From Nitrospirota bacterium (GTDB lineage: Bacteria > Nitrospirota > UBA9217): a stretch of 64,000 nt of DNA. Shown piece by piece: positions 31,695 through 42,580 of this stretch (positions within the stretch are counted from its first letter, which is position 1; every line of letters begins with the position of its first letter). Location: positions 2,048,001 through 2,112,000 of the forward strand of contig CAVTRN010000002.1 in assembly GCA_963737155.1 (NCBI GenBank), read 5' to 3'. The translations under genes were made by a program, and so were the position numbers. A model generated the notes under the pieces. The model was not told where the DNA came from. It saw nothing but the letters and a program-made list of their open reading frames with translations, and searched no databases.

Positions 31695-32032
31695 TTGACT
31701 TCTGCCTCCCCTGCCTGAAGGCCGAGTCTTTCCAAATGGCTCTGCAACTGCTGCGAGCTAAAGCAGATTCTATTCGCAGATGCGGCAGAGATGTTTGCCA
31801 CGGTTCCGGTTTATGGGCTGATGAAGCTTGCCTGGTATTTTCAAGATAAACCGGTAAACCGTGGGCTGTGCCGCAGCCACTGCTCCTGGAGACATTTATT
31901 GACCCCCCGACAGATATTTTTCAGGATGTTGATTGCCCCGCTTACATCAGCATTAATTGCAGCGCCGCATTGGTTGGAAATGTAAAGACCACGCGGTCTG
32001 TTCTTGTAACAATTAATTTCGCTAAAATACAT
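31695..32032 (-). mobile_element. tnpB: IS200/IS605-family remnant: tnpB 3' end plus right end
   Basis: RGLYISNQCGAAINADVSGAINILK (Zn-finger/RuvC-III) followed about 250 nt later by CTCGGCCTTCAGGCAGGGGAGG...GTCAA, a typical right-end hairpin and TCAA. Confidence 0.8.
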
Positions 32033-32421
32033 TCGACATTGACACTAAATTGCATTTAATATATAAATAAATTTGGCACAGATGCAATGAATGGCGAGGG
32101 AATTTTTTGTAACTAAATAATTCCCGTGGGATAACGTCTCCTTGGCTGCCAAATACGCACAGGCCAAGTTGCCCCCCCCTGTCTAAATTGACAGAGAGGA
32201 CCCGAGGCACTACTGTATCCTTACGAAGACAGGGTTTTTCAGTGAGTTCCAGCGAATGAGAATACGTTATATGGCATAGGAGTGGTGATTATCTTAACTA
32301 CAGTTATTGTATGTAAGGATCCCATTATATTTCCCAACGAGAAATATCGGACTACAATATAGCAGAATTCATTTGCAGCGGCCGCAATCTCTAAATCTAT
32401 GTCGTACACATTGAATGGCGT

Positions 32422-33921
32422 ATGAAGAATCGTAAGGCAACAGAACCTCTAGTGAGACAGCTATTTTTCGTTTATGTATTTTGTTTATTTGCAGCAACAG
32501 CCCTGTTTCAAAACGGCCTGTTCGAGCGCGATGGTTATTATCATGCGCGTCTCGCCCAACTGATGCCGGAGAGGATGATCTCTCGAAACTTTCCCTGGAC
32601 GCAGCTCAGCACCTGGAAAGACAGCTACTGCGACAAAGAGTTTTTGTATCACCTCACGATGATGCCGTTTGCCCAGATAGGCAGCAAGCCGATCCTCGGC
32701 GCCCGGATATTCGCCACGCTCCTTTCGGTAGCGGTCATTGGAGCGCTCTATTGGGTGCTCCTGGCGAACAAGGTCCGTTGGCCTCTTTTCTTTAGTGCGT
32801 TACCTCTCGGCATGGGAGGGTTGTTCATCGCACGGCTCGGCATGATCCGGTCGCATGTGCTCAGCATGCTGCTGCTCATGTTTGGCATTCACTTCCTTCT
32901 GCATCGGAGATGGCTGCCCTTATTCGTGTTGGGGTTTATATTTGCCTGGAGCTACACGGTTCCCTTTGTTCTGTTAATCACTGCAGCATCATTCGCTGTG
33001 GGGCAGTGGCTTGGCAGGGGCGGTTTCGATTATCGGTCCGTTGCGGCTGCGGGGATCGGCTCGACCCTGGGCCTCGCTGTGCACCCCTATTCACCGCTGA
33101 CCCTCGAGACGTTCCTCACCTATATACAGATTTTCCGCATGGGGCTACAGGGGGTCGACAAGTCCGGCTTCGAACTCGGCAACGAAATCTATCCCTACTC
33201 CCTGGGTGTTTTTTTTAACATCTATCCTCTGCTTGTTATCCTGATCCCGCTGCTCGTGCTGTTCGTGCTGATTCGCAGAAAGCACCTTTCGGCTGAAACG
33301 CTCGGCGTTTTCCTGTCGGCGCTCTGTTGGTTCGGAATGACCATGGCGTCGGCCCGTTTCGTCGAGTATTCGGTGTTGCTCCTGGTCACTGCGATAGCTT
33401 TGGCGACACGGGATACACTCTCAGCGCAGGACGTTCTTCCGCGTCTGCCTGCAATCGGCAAACGTCTCCGCTGGTTTATTGCTGCCACGGCAATCGGCAC
33501 GCTCTTGGCCTTTCACATCTACTCCATGAAATTCTACGTGTATTATCAGACCAAAGCCGCCCCGCCGCTTTTTTTTCAGGGGGCGTCGCTCTGGATGGAG
33601 CAGCATCTGGCGCCGAACGAAACTGTGATCAATCTGTTCTGGGACGATTTTCCGGACTTGTTTTATGCTGCGCCGCGCCAGCGGTACATCTGGGGTCTCG
33701 ATCCAACCTACACTATCCGCTACGACCGAAATAAGGCGATCCGGCTTGAAAACTTCAGGCGTCATCTAACTCGCCTGGACGGCCGCGCGCTGGCGAACAC
33801 GCTTCAAGCTCACTGGCTCATTCTTCGGGCGAATCGTGTGGATCGCTATCCTGAACTCCGCAGCGCGCCTTTTCGCGAAGTGTACCGCGATAAAGAGGCA
33901 GTGCTATTTAAAATAGAGTAA
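32422..33921 (+). CDS. Multi-pass membrane protein, GT-C (ArnT/PMT-like) glycosyltransferase candidate
   Basis: 499 aa; DGYYHARLA after the first TM segment, about 11 TM segments, C-terminal soluble domain. Confidence 0.6.
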   Translation: MKNRKATEPLVRQLFFVYVFCLFAATALFQNGLFERDGYYHARLAQLMPERMISRNFPWTQLSTWKDSYCDKEFLYHLTMMPFAQIGSKPILGARIFATLLSVAVIGALYWVLLANKVRWPLFFSALPLGMGGLFIARLGMIRSHVLSMLLLMFGIHFLLHRRWLPLFVLGFIFAWSYTVPFVLLITAASFAVGQWLGRGGFDYRSVAAAGIGSTLGLAVHPYSPLTLETFLTYIQIFRMGLQGVDKSGFELGNEIYPYSLGVFFNIYPLLVILIPLLVLFVLIRRKHLSAETLGVFLSALCWFGMTMASARFVEYSVLLLVTAIALATRDTLSAQDVLPRLPAIGKRLRWFIAATAIGTLLAFHIYSMKFYVYYQTKAAPPLFFQGASLWMEQHLAPNETVINLFWDDFPDLFYAAPRQRYIWGLDPTYTIRYDRNKAIRLENFRRHLTRLDGRALANTLQAHWLILRANRVDRYPELRSAPFREVYRDKEAVLFKIE

Positions 33922-34046
33922 AACGAATTCAACTGCGAGACGTTTTACTGAGGGATTGTAGTATATGAATAATTCACCCAATTCACTAGACGCCTGAAAT
34001 CAAGATTTCCCCTAAAATAAATATGCCGCTCAAATACTATTAATTA

Positions 34047-34075
34047 TTGACAAAACTAATAATATTAGTTATACT
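34047..34075 (+). promoter_or_regulatory. Near-consensus sigma70 promoter with a palindrome in its spacer
   Basis: TTGACA-17 nt-TATACT; AACTAATA-A-TATTAGTT at 34054-34070. Confidence 0.7.
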
Positions 34076-34178
34076 TCTAAGCATGAATAGCTTTATCGGT
34101 AAACATATCACGTAATCATACAAAGCACGGCTCATCAGTCCATATTTTTTGGCACAGAATTTCTATTATTAGGAGGAC

Positions 34179-34541
34179 ATGAATATGATTTACGGCCATA
34201 ACAAACGTTCCATGAATCGACCGACCCGTGAATTCCAAATTACTATCAACGATTCAGATAATCAGGTATATACACTAGATTTCTCTCCTCAGGGCCTCAG
34301 TTTAGGGGGAGCCAAGCTGAATCTTCTTGTAGGAGAACAGGTGAAAATTACCGCCAAGAAGGGCGACAAAATTTATATCTTTACCGGTCAGGTTAAGAGG
34401 CTCGATGGATTGCGGCAGATCAGACGAATCGGCAGGTTGGTGAAAGTGTTCTACGTGATGGCAAACGGCCCAGAGTATCAGGAATTTTATTCACAATTAT
34501 GCGCGATGTCGTCCATACCTACGGCGCTATCGGTTTGTTAA
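34179..34541 (+). CDS. Stand-alone PilZ-domain protein
   Basis: RSMNR (RxxxR) and DFSPQG (DxSxxG); AGGAGG RBS. Confidence 0.8.
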   Translation: MNMIYGHNKRSMNRPTREFQITINDSDNQVYTLDFSPQGLSLGGAKLNLLVGEQVKITAKKGDKIYIFTGQVKRLDGLRQIRRIGRLVKVFYVMANGPEYQEFYSQLCAMSSIPTALSVC

Positions 34542-35056
34542 ACAAAGACCGGGGGCCGAGTATAAGATAAACCGTCATTGGGTGTCTGCATTTTACCCAG
34601 AGAACAACATGAAGATCGATTTTTACTCATTTAGCATATTGTAATTACTTGAACTTGACAAGCATACACATCAATGCGCGTAATTTTTGATCATTTAATG
34701 CCGTCTCCCTCAGCTAGTTCTTTTCGACTGAGCCCTCACGGCATAGGCTCGTTCTTTACTCCTTGAGCTTCATTTTGTTTTCCCACCACCAATAGGTTTA
34801 TCTTCCCTCTCCCCATCTAAGCAATTAAAAGACTTATAGCGTTCATGTTTTTTTTGCAGGAGGCAAACACGATTTTTTAACATAGGTTTACCATGTAATG
34901 GAGGTGGGTTGGGCATATTTCGTGCAACAATCAACAGGGTGAGAACCTATATCGCTTCTCGGATGAAGTGTGGGGCGATTATTGAAAATATTTTTATTAC
35001 CAAGAAGTACCGCGACATCACAGGAGTTGAGCTAGATAGATATTTCTCTTTAGTAA

Positions 35057-36265
35057 TCACTTATTGTCCTCGTCCACCGCTTTTTGCAGCATTTCTAATA
35101 TACCAGGAATGGCCGAGGTCACCCGGTTCCAATTCGGAATAAGTGGCGGACCGAGAGGGTTCTCACGATACTCCTGCGCTGCCAGCGTAATCCCTCTCGT
35201 AAATGCATCAACCGCCATAGATTCTTCATTTCGGTCGAACAGGAGACCGTTGATCGTGGCATCCGCTTCATACTTCATGATCGTATCTTCTGCCAGTCTC
35301 TGGTAGGCAACAGCCAGCGAATGAACATGATCCTCCGACAATATAACGCCATCCGATGCCAGGGTTCTGAATATCGATTTGCAAATATCGATAGTCATTT
35401 TCATCAAGCCTTTTTCAGGGTCATCCACAGACAATGCCTGGTGCTTATGTTCGTATGTCGCAGCGATATCAACCTGGCATACCCGGCGGGGAGAATAATT
35501 CCTGAAAACTTCGGCCAGCGAGCCCACCTCTAGCCCCCAGTCCCAGGGGATCCTATTCACCCTCGCCATATCTGTTGTCATGCAAAATTCCCCAGCCAAA
35601 GGATAACGGAAGCTATCGAGAAAGATCAGAAAGGGATTATTGCCCGCGACCTTCTGAAGAGCTCGAACCAGAGGTGTAACCAAAAGTCTTGTCACCCTGC
35701 CGTGCATCCGGTCCGTAACCCTGCTATAGAACCCTTTGCAGAACATGTAGTCGAGATTGGGGCTCGCCACGGGGTAGCAGAGCCACGCAAGCATTTCCCT
35801 GCTGTATGTCAAAATGTCGCAGTCATGGAGGGCGATGACATCAGACTTTCCCGAAGCGAGTATATAACCGTATGCAATCCAAGTTGAACGACCCTTTCCG
35901 TCCTGTCCGGCATCAAGACCGTTTCTACGTATTGTGTCGTAAATCTCTTTTATCCGCTTTCCTTCATTATTTATGACCTTCACCTCATAGTTTATGGGGG
36001 CCATAAGCTGCCGGACTTTCAGAAATTCCTTGTCGGATGCCCTGCCGAGAACGAGAATGATCTGCTCAAGATATTTCACCTTGGCAAGTTCATCGATGAT
36101 CCGCGGCATGGCCTTGCCCTCGAATTCCGAGTATAAGGCCGGGAGGACAAGCGCTATCGGCCGAGTCCTGGCGTGTTCCCGCAATTCCATTTCCAGGCGT
36201 TCGAGCGACGGCTTGCCAAGATTGTGCAGCGTGGTGATGATCCCTGTCTGGTGAAAATCCGACAT
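35057..36265 (-). CDS. gpgS: Glucosyl-3-phosphoglycerate synthase-like glycosyltransferase
   Basis: MSDFHQTGIITTLHNL, GKGR..W, LHDCDI, KGFYSR, RYPLAGE, WGLEVG, YEHKHQ; in an operon with an MpgP-like phosphatase. Confidence 0.8.
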   Translation of the reverse strand: MSDFHQTGIITTLHNLGKPSLERLEMELREHARTRPIALVLPALYSEFEGKAMPRIIDELAKVKYLEQIILVLGRASDKEFLKVRQLMAPINYEVKVINNEGKRIKEIYDTIRRNGLDAGQDGKGRSTWIAYGYILASGKSDVIALHDCDILTYSREMLAWLCYPVASPNLDYMFCKGFYSRVTDRMHGRVTRLLVTPLVRALQKVAGNNPFLIFLDSFRYPLAGEFCMTTDMARVNRIPWDWGLEVGSLAEVFRNYSPRRVCQVDIAATYEHKHQALSVDDPEKGLMKMTIDICKSIFRTLASDGVILSEDHVHSLAVAYQRLAEDTIMKYEADATINGLLFDRNEESMAVDAFTRGITLAAQEYRENPLGPPLIPNWNRVTSAIPGILEMLQKAVDEDNK

Positions 36266-36274
36266 GACGCCTCC

Positions 36275-36973
36275 TTAAATATGATCAATATCTCGCTTCC
36301 CCTCTTCTTTCTTTTCCGCCTCTTGCTCGATGATTTTCTTGGCGGCCTCAATGCCACCGATCCCGAAGGCAATGGCCAGAGCCAGAACGATGCCACCGAA
36401 GATGATGGAAAAAGCAGCTACTACGATACCAGGAGCAACCTCCAACTGTTCAAGTGCCATGGCAATAAACAGGACCACCAAGAGCAGCCGCACAGCTTCG
36501 GTAAGAAGTCTTGCAAAATGATACCCTCTTGCCACTGCCGAGATCAGGACTGCCCGGCCTATAAATCCTGTCACGATATACCCGATGACGAGGATGAGTC
36601 CTGCGGATAGGACCCTGGGCAGGTAGAGGATGAATTGCGAGATGAGGTTGTCGAATGCCCGTATGTTTAACGCGCTAAATCCCGCCATAAATGCAGCGAG
36701 GACCAGGAGCCAGAACACAAAAGACCCGAAAGCAACCGATGGTTTTGACCACAGGTCGCTCTTTCTCATGACGGAAGTCAATCCCATTCTGTCGCTCCAA
36801 CTGTCGAACTTGATAGCTTCAAGCAGTTTCACCAGAACAAAACGGGCAACTCGAGCGACGACGAGACCGATCAGAATAATGATCAGCATCGCCAGGAGGC
36901 TCGGGCCAAATTGCGAAAATTTGGTGCAAATTTCTTTGAGTGGCTCAAGGATTAATGTGACGGATGCTCCCAT
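36275..36973 (-). CDS. TM-helix-repeat membrane protein (CmpX/MscS TM-like)
   Basis: Repeated P.LL..LIIL.IG..VA and YLPRVLSA helices; ALAIAFGIGG. Confidence 0.75.
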   Translation of the reverse strand: MGASVTLILEPLKEICTKFSQFGPSLLAMLIIILIGLVVARVARFVLVKLLEAIKFDSWSDRMGLTSVMRKSDLWSKPSVAFGSFVFWLLVLAAFMAGFSALNIRAFDNLISQFILYLPRVLSAGLILVIGYIVTGFIGRAVLISAVARGYHFARLLTEAVRLLLVVLFIAMALEQLEVAPGIVVAAFSIIFGGIVLALAIAFGIGGIEAAKKIIEQEAEKKEEGKRDIDHI

Positions 36974-36989
36974 GATACACCTCCCGAGT

Positions 36990-38249
36990 TTATGTCCAAT
37001 TGTTGATCAAATGGTCTTTATTCTCTTCGAATTCCAAGCAAAGCTTTTCTATCTCCGATTCAGCTTCGCTTTGGCTTTTGTCCCGGACCTCCGTGATGAA
37101 CGAGGCTGTTTTCCCAAGATAGAGCGGTGTCAATGATTTCAGCAGATGCTCACGGGGCAACTTTCGCTTGTGATAGGCAAGGGCATAATCATAGACAATC
37201 CGGGTCCATAAGGTTGGAGGGAACCTGAATTTCTCATCTGGCGAGGCGCCCAGCTTTAGGAGCTCGTCAAAATCCCCCTGTCCGATGACGATTGGCAACA
37301 CCTCTTTGAGATTCGGAACACCCTCTCTGAATATTTTCAGCATTCTTGCCATATCGACATTGACTTGCTCAAGCCCGACTGCATACTGAAACCCGAAGGT
37401 AGGCACCGTTTCCGACCCTTTTACCATTTGCCAAATTCCGGCGTATGACTCCATGAGACTGAAGGAAGATCCTACTACCTGGTAGAGCATAGCCGAGAGG
37501 TCCGAACCGGGGTCTTTGGGGTCGTGTATCTTCGCGCCGAGAAAAGCCTGAGCGACTTTAAAATTATTGGCGATTGCTTCTGTAGTCATCCAGATATCGA
37601 TACCGAACCGGGCAACATCCGTTTGCCACACGTCCCTGGTAAGATAATGCTTTGCCAAGGAGCCCGAGAAACCAAAGTCCCCACCGATAGGCTGGCGCAC
37701 GCGCTTTCCGTAGAGCGCTCGTGTGAGCGGATAGATGATGCTGTTAGTGATCGTCCCGTCGTACTTATGCCTGTGATATAATGGAGCGACATAGTCAACT
37801 CCCTCTTCAAGCACCGGCTTAAGCAACAACTCTATCCACTCAGGTGTGATGCTCCGGAGGTCAGAATCTACCACGGCACACGCCTTGACATTCAGCGCGT
37901 CCGCAATCTCAAAAATGGTACGAAAAGCGCTCCCCTTGCCAGGCAGGCCATGGTAAGGCACTGCCATCTTGAACACGGGCGACACACGGTGAAGAAGCAG
38001 AATGGATTGAAAATCCTCGACAAACGTGTTCTGTACAATGTCCTGAGTTCCGTCGGTCGACCCGCCGTCGGAATCGACAAGTATAACCCTTCGTTCCGGA
38101 AAATATTTCGCAACACCAACCTGCACAGCTTGAACAACGTGACCAATGGAACGCGCGTTATTATAGCTCGGGATGCCGATGAGAATATCAGCAGTCTTTA
38201 TGCGATCGAGCTGCGTAGCTATGTCTTTTCTAGATGTAATGCCATCCAT
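36990..38249 (-). CDS. Glucosylglycerate/mannosylglycerate synthase-like glycosyltransferase (single step)
   Basis: GIPSYNNA, DGGSTDGT, GKGSA, DSDLRSI, RHKYDGTITN, RQPIGGDF, FGIDIWMT. Confidence 0.8.
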   Translation of the reverse strand: MDGITSRKDIATQLDRIKTADILIGIPSYNNARSIGHVVQAVQVGVAKYFPERRVILVDSDGGSTDGTQDIVQNTFVEDFQSILLLHRVSPVFKMAVPYHGLPGKGSAFRTIFEIADALNVKACAVVDSDLRSITPEWIELLLKPVLEEGVDYVAPLYHRHKYDGTITNSIIYPLTRALYGKRVRQPIGGDFGFSGSLAKHYLTRDVWQTDVARFGIDIWMTTEAIANNFKVAQAFLGAKIHDPKDPGSDLSAMLYQVVGSSFSLMESYAGIWQMVKGSETVPTFGFQYAVGLEQVNVDMARMLKIFREGVPNLKEVLPIVIGQGDFDELLKLGASPDEKFRFPPTLWTRIVYDYALAYHKRKLPREHLLKSLTPLYLGKTASFITEVRDKSQSEAESEIEKLCLEFEENKDHLINNWT

Positions 38250-38284
38250 GATTTGTCACCGCATGACGTTTCTCTACAGAGAAC

Positions 38285-39655
38285 TTATCCCTCGACGAGG
38301 ATAATATTAAGGTCCATCACATTCGTCCCCGTTGGCCCCGTAAAGACATGGTTATTCAGACCGCAAGCTGAGTCTGCTCTGACAAAAAAAGTGTATGAAT
38401 CGTTATTTTCCAGATAGGTCTCCGGATGATGTATTCCGCATCCGCGCGCCTTTTGAACCGTATATGCATCTACCACGGCACCTGCCGCATCCGTGGGGCC
38501 ATCAGTCCCGTCAGTGCCTGCCGAAAGCATCGTAATTCCCGACAACCCTGAGATTTCCAGTGCGAATGCAAGCGCCAATTCCTGGTTTCTACCGCCCTTT
38601 CCTTTTCCGCGGACCGTGACTGTCGTTTCCCCGCCGGAGAGAAGGCAACGTCTCTCGCCGCGTTTCAAGCTACCCTGCATCCGAATCGCTGATCTTGCCA
38701 AGGTGCAGGCCGCAACACGGGCCTCTCCCTGGAGCTCAAGAGTTTGTATTTCGGTAGTATAGCCTAGCGCTGTTGCCTTTTCCCGCGCGGCAGCAAGAGC
38801 CTGGGCTATGCCACCGACAATCACATTTTGCGTCCTCGTGAAGCAGACGTCGCCGCTTTTCGCTGTCTCCGGCTCGTATCCTGCCAAGCCGCGCTCAATT
38901 AAAGCCATGACACGTGGAGGAAGCGCCGACTTGAGTCCGTACCTGGTGATTACGAAGGCGGCATCGGCATAGGTCGTGCTGTCCGGCACAGTCGGACCAG
39001 AGGCAATAACATCGAGTCTGTCTCCGATCACATCGGAAAGGATCATGGTAACGACGGCGGCAGGATAAGCCGCCTGTGCGAGCCTGCCTCCTTTTATCGC
39101 AGACAGGTGTTTGCGAACCGTATTCAACTCTTGAATGTTTGCACCTGCTTTCAATAGCAGGTCCGTGGTCAGTTGCTTGTCTTCGAGCGTGATGCCAGAC
39201 AGTGGTGCAACAAGCAGCGCGGAGCCTCCTCCCGAGAGAAGGCATATAACGAGCGTCTTCTCGTTGGCCCTTCGTACAAGCTCAAGAATCCGAACTGTTC
39301 CTCGTACTCCAGCTTCATCAGGAATGGGATGTCCCGCCTCAAGCTGTTCAATAATTTTGAGATCGCCTGCATGGCCGTATTTTACAAGAATAATACCTTC
39401 TGCGACGCTGCTTCCCAAAGTTTCTTCCACAGCTTCGGCCATGCGCGCTGTCGCCTTTCCCGCACCAACGACAATGATACGGTCAAAGTGGGCACGATCA
39501 TAAGCGATCCAGCCGTCATCCTGCTGTCCGCCTGTCGACCGCATCACCCTGACCACTGCATGATAGGGATCAACGGCAGCAAGCGCCGCGTTGAATATGT
39601 CTATCAGTTCTATTCTATTAATCACTTTAATAGTTCCAGTAATGCACGATTCCAT
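38285..39655 (-). CDS. Glycerate kinase, class II (MOFRL/TtuD family)
   Basis: GAGKA, GHPIPD, LSGGGSAL, RKHLSAIKGG, SDVIGD, GGETTV, GGRNQE, GTDGTDG, TGTNVMD. Confidence 0.93.
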   Translation of the reverse strand: MESCITGTIKVINRIELIDIFNAALAAVDPYHAVVRVMRSTGGQQDDGWIAYDRAHFDRIIVVGAGKATARMAEAVEETLGSSVAEGIILVKYGHAGDLKIIEQLEAGHPIPDEAGVRGTVRILELVRRANEKTLVICLLSGGGSALLVAPLSGITLEDKQLTTDLLLKAGANIQELNTVRKHLSAIKGGRLAQAAYPAAVVTMILSDVIGDRLDVIASGPTVPDSTTYADAAFVITRYGLKSALPPRVMALIERGLAGYEPETAKSGDVCFTRTQNVIVGGIAQALAAAREKATALGYTTEIQTLELQGEARVAACTLARSAIRMQGSLKRGERRCLLSGGETTVTVRGKGKGGRNQELALAFALEISGLSGITMLSAGTDGTDGPTDAAGAVVDAYTVQKARGCGIHHPETYLENNDSYTFFVRADSACGLNNHVFTGPTGTNVMDLNIILVEG

Positions 39656-40410
39656 CCCTCCGGCCCGATCCCCTTTGCCCTAATCAAGCCCGGGAGTTCG
39701 ATATTGCGATCATAGCTCCCATCATCCTTTTGTACTAGAACGGCATAATCGACTTCCCTGAGAAGAGACAGGTCATTCAAAGCATCGCCAAGACCTATAG
39801 TAATAATCATACCATGCCGGTATTTGTACCACTGCTTCAAAAGTTTAACTGCTCTTCCTTTGTCGTGGTCTCCCATGAGGAAAAAGAGTTTCCCCCGGGT
39901 CCAATGGAGACCATGTTGTTCAACGGCATTCAGAAAGCTTTCATCAATGGATTTTTCGAAGACAAAGGGCTCGCCGTAGTCCCGTTTCCGCGCCAGTGAT
40001 GCCTCCTCCATGGGTAGGCCTGTCAAAGCAGCAACCTCTTCTGTTGTCATGTCGCCGAAGCCTTTAACCGAAGCCCGCTGTATTTCGCGAAGACGTACAA
40101 ATTCCTTTCTGATTACTTCATAGGGTTTCCCAAACGAGGTCACGTAATATTTCTCCCCGGAAGCAGCTCCGAGAAAAGGGAAATATCCCCTGGGTGTGAA
40201 GACAGCTCCACCATTTTCAACAATGAAAGGGTGCTCATTCTGTAACCGCCTCCGGTAGACTTCCGTTTCTACCCTTGTCTTGCTGGAGCATAATACAAAT
40301 GGGATATCTCTTTCTCTGATCAAATCCAATGCGGACGTGGCTTCCAAAAAAGAATACGTTTTCGGATGCAGCAATGTGCCATCAAGGTCGGTAAAAATAA
40401 CCGTTTTCAT
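39622..40410 (-). CDS. mpgP: Mannosyl/glucosyl-3-phosphoglycerate phosphatase (HAD IIB)
   Basis: FTDLDGTLL, CSSKT..E, ENGG, DKG.AV, GLGD..ND, GPEGWN. Confidence 0.88.
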   Translation of the reverse strand: MKTVIFTDLDGTLLHPKTYSFLEATSALDLIRERDIPFVLCSSKTRVETEVYRRRLQNEHPFIVENGGAVFTPRGYFPFLGAASGEKYYVTSFGKPYEVIRKEFVRLREIQRASVKGFGDMTTEEVAALTGLPMEEASLARKRDYGEPFVFEKSIDESFLNAVEQHGLHWTRGKLFFLMGDHDKGRAVKLLKQWYKYRHGMIITIGLGDALNDLSLLREVDYAVLVQKDDGSYDRNIELPGLIRAKGIGPEGWNRALLELLK

Positions 40411-41839
40411 GTGCGCTTAATCCTTCCCATTTTTTATCCACGGAGATACACATCTACCAGACACCTAGAGACATATACGCCTTGGTCCAACTCTATTACT
40501 GGGCTACTGCCATCGGGGAAATCGGGCGCGCTGATCTGAAGCAGGACATGGGACAGGAAGTTATCCTTCTGCGCCATAAAACTCCGTCTCTTCAGGGAGA
40601 GGATATAGGGCGCTGTCTGCAATGCAACCATTAACGTGTTATTTTTGTTTTAAGAGTAAACATATGTCCGCCTTTTGCTATCATTAACAAAGATGATTTA
40701 ACCTGAAAAATAGCCTGAGTATCGATCGATGACCGACGTCGGTAAAATATCAATAACGGATCATAGTACTGCTCTTTTACTTGAACTCATTGGTTGCTCT
40801 CCAATATCACTTTGGAACACTGCCATGAGATGCACCAAGAAAAACATGAAAAACCAACAGGCAAGATCACTACTACTCGAAACTCGATCTGGCTATCATG
40901 ACAATCCCCTTTTTGGTATCAGTGTAACACGGTAGTATGCAAATATCCCAACCAAAAATCCGATTCGGCACTTGTAATTCGGACAAAGAACTGTATAACA
41001 AAAATAAAAAAGTTATTTATTTTGTATATATAGGCCTATGAAACAGAGACTTTAAAATTAGGATCGGCAAAAGCCGTTTCAACAATTCTAAAATTCCTAT
41101 GTCAACGAATTGTGGTGACCCTCGATGATGTACCACGCTAGTTTGAGGGTTTATTAGAAGCATATCACACTTTTAAACTTACTGAAAATAAGGCCGCTTC
41201 TGGCTTAAGTCGGGGATGATACCACAACTAGCATTGACATGTGGCGGGCTAAGATTGCGTAACAACCTAAGATGCCTGTATTTCCTTCTTAAGAGCCAGG
41301 GTTTATTCTATGTATTTTGTGCTTTTGGAGCTACCCATACTCATTTCGGATGAAGCAAAATTAGCAACAATGGAAACTTCAGGATATAGAGTTAAATATT
41401 AGGGAGAGGAGAGGGATCCAATGTTCCATATGTTTGGTTCCCCAATGCTGGACTAGATTTGGCGTGTTTTATGTGAATAATACAAGATAAAAAATCAAAT
41501 ATTGCCAAAAGATAGCAAAATTAGCAACTTCAACTTATTATAAGGAGAGGGGCAAAAACCTTGGCAACGGCTTATCTGACCAAGTTTATGTAGCGGAATA
41601 ATTCCCGGCGTGCACCTGAGTCCCAATGAATCGAGTTCAAGACTCTGTTGAGGCCCTCAAATTGCCAGTGTTGGACAAGGTGCCGCACCAAAGGAGACCA
41701 TATACTAACAAAAGAAAAAACACCTGAAAGATTTTTAAATAATTTTTCACAACAATACACCAGTAACACGAAGTTATTCGCTACAATAACGCCGCAACCA
41801 AAGTCTTTCAAACCATTCAGACAAAATCAGTGCCGGAGT

Positions 41840-42226
41840 TTAAAGCTGTTCGTAGACTTCTTCAACTCTGATAACCAAGACTCCCCTCGCCCAGGGAAAT
41901 AGTTTCTTTGCCGCTTCGAATCTTTCGCCATACTTCTGAATCTGCCCCGTTCCCCTAATCCTGCATCCCTTGCCCGGACCATGATTTCCCTGGACCTGCC
42001 TTGTACCGCAGAGTAGTTCTATCCTGCTATTCATCTCGAGATTATCTTCTGTTTTTTGGTACCCACCGATAGGCACAAGAAGCGTATCGTCATTGATCAC
42101 GCCGAGGGCTTTAACGTATTCCCCCCAAGTGCCCGCCAGATGGGGCCCGTCCGCACCTACTGTTGCAATGGCAATCCATTCCGCTTTGTCCAAGACTTCT
42201 TTGCATTTTTTTTCTATCTTAGCCAT
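41840..42226 (-). CDS. Pyridoxamine 5'-phosphate oxidase-like FMN-binding protein
   Basis: 128 aa; IATVGADGPHL...KTEDNL..N.RI...G.GCRI.GTG...WARG. Confidence 0.8.
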   Translation of the reverse strand: MAKIEKKCKEVLDKAEWIAIATVGADGPHLAGTWGEYVKALGVINDDTLLVPIGGYQKTEDNLEMNSRIELLCGTRQVQGNHGPGKGCRIRGTGQIQKYGERFEAAKKLFPWARGVLVIRVEEVYEQL

Positions 42227-42463
42227 ATGCTCCCTCTTTGAATATCACTGTTATTAAATTAACACAAATAACACTGATGTCAAGCACCTCATAATTAATA
42301 TCTTACAATAGTTGCCGTGGGAATTGCTGAGATTAACGAACATTTTTGATGCGTCCGACCAGGTTTTTCATCACTGCGCACCATCAGGTGTCCTTTCGCC
42401 TAGCTCTTTGTCGGCCAAGCTCAAATGAAAGGGGATCTGGGATGACCTAGGCGAGAAAGGAGC

Positions 42464-42580
42464 ATGAGTACGAGCTACTATTTTAACAAAACGTTGCAGA
42501 AGAATTTCAACGACGAGGTGAAAGGAATTGTTAATGAACGGAGGAAGGGAGGTTTTGGCGTGATGACGGAGATCGACAGA
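42464..42580 (+). pseudogene. DUF302-family N-terminal fragment
   Basis: AAGGAG RBS; MSTSYYFNKTLQKNFNDEVKGIVNERRKGGFGVMTEID, after which similarity stops. Confidence 0.6.

Noticed and set aside
40434-41830. Short ORFs 40434-40631, 40729-40935 and 41572-41811
   Set aside because: No recognisable motifs or convincing RBS; AT-rich intergenic DNA
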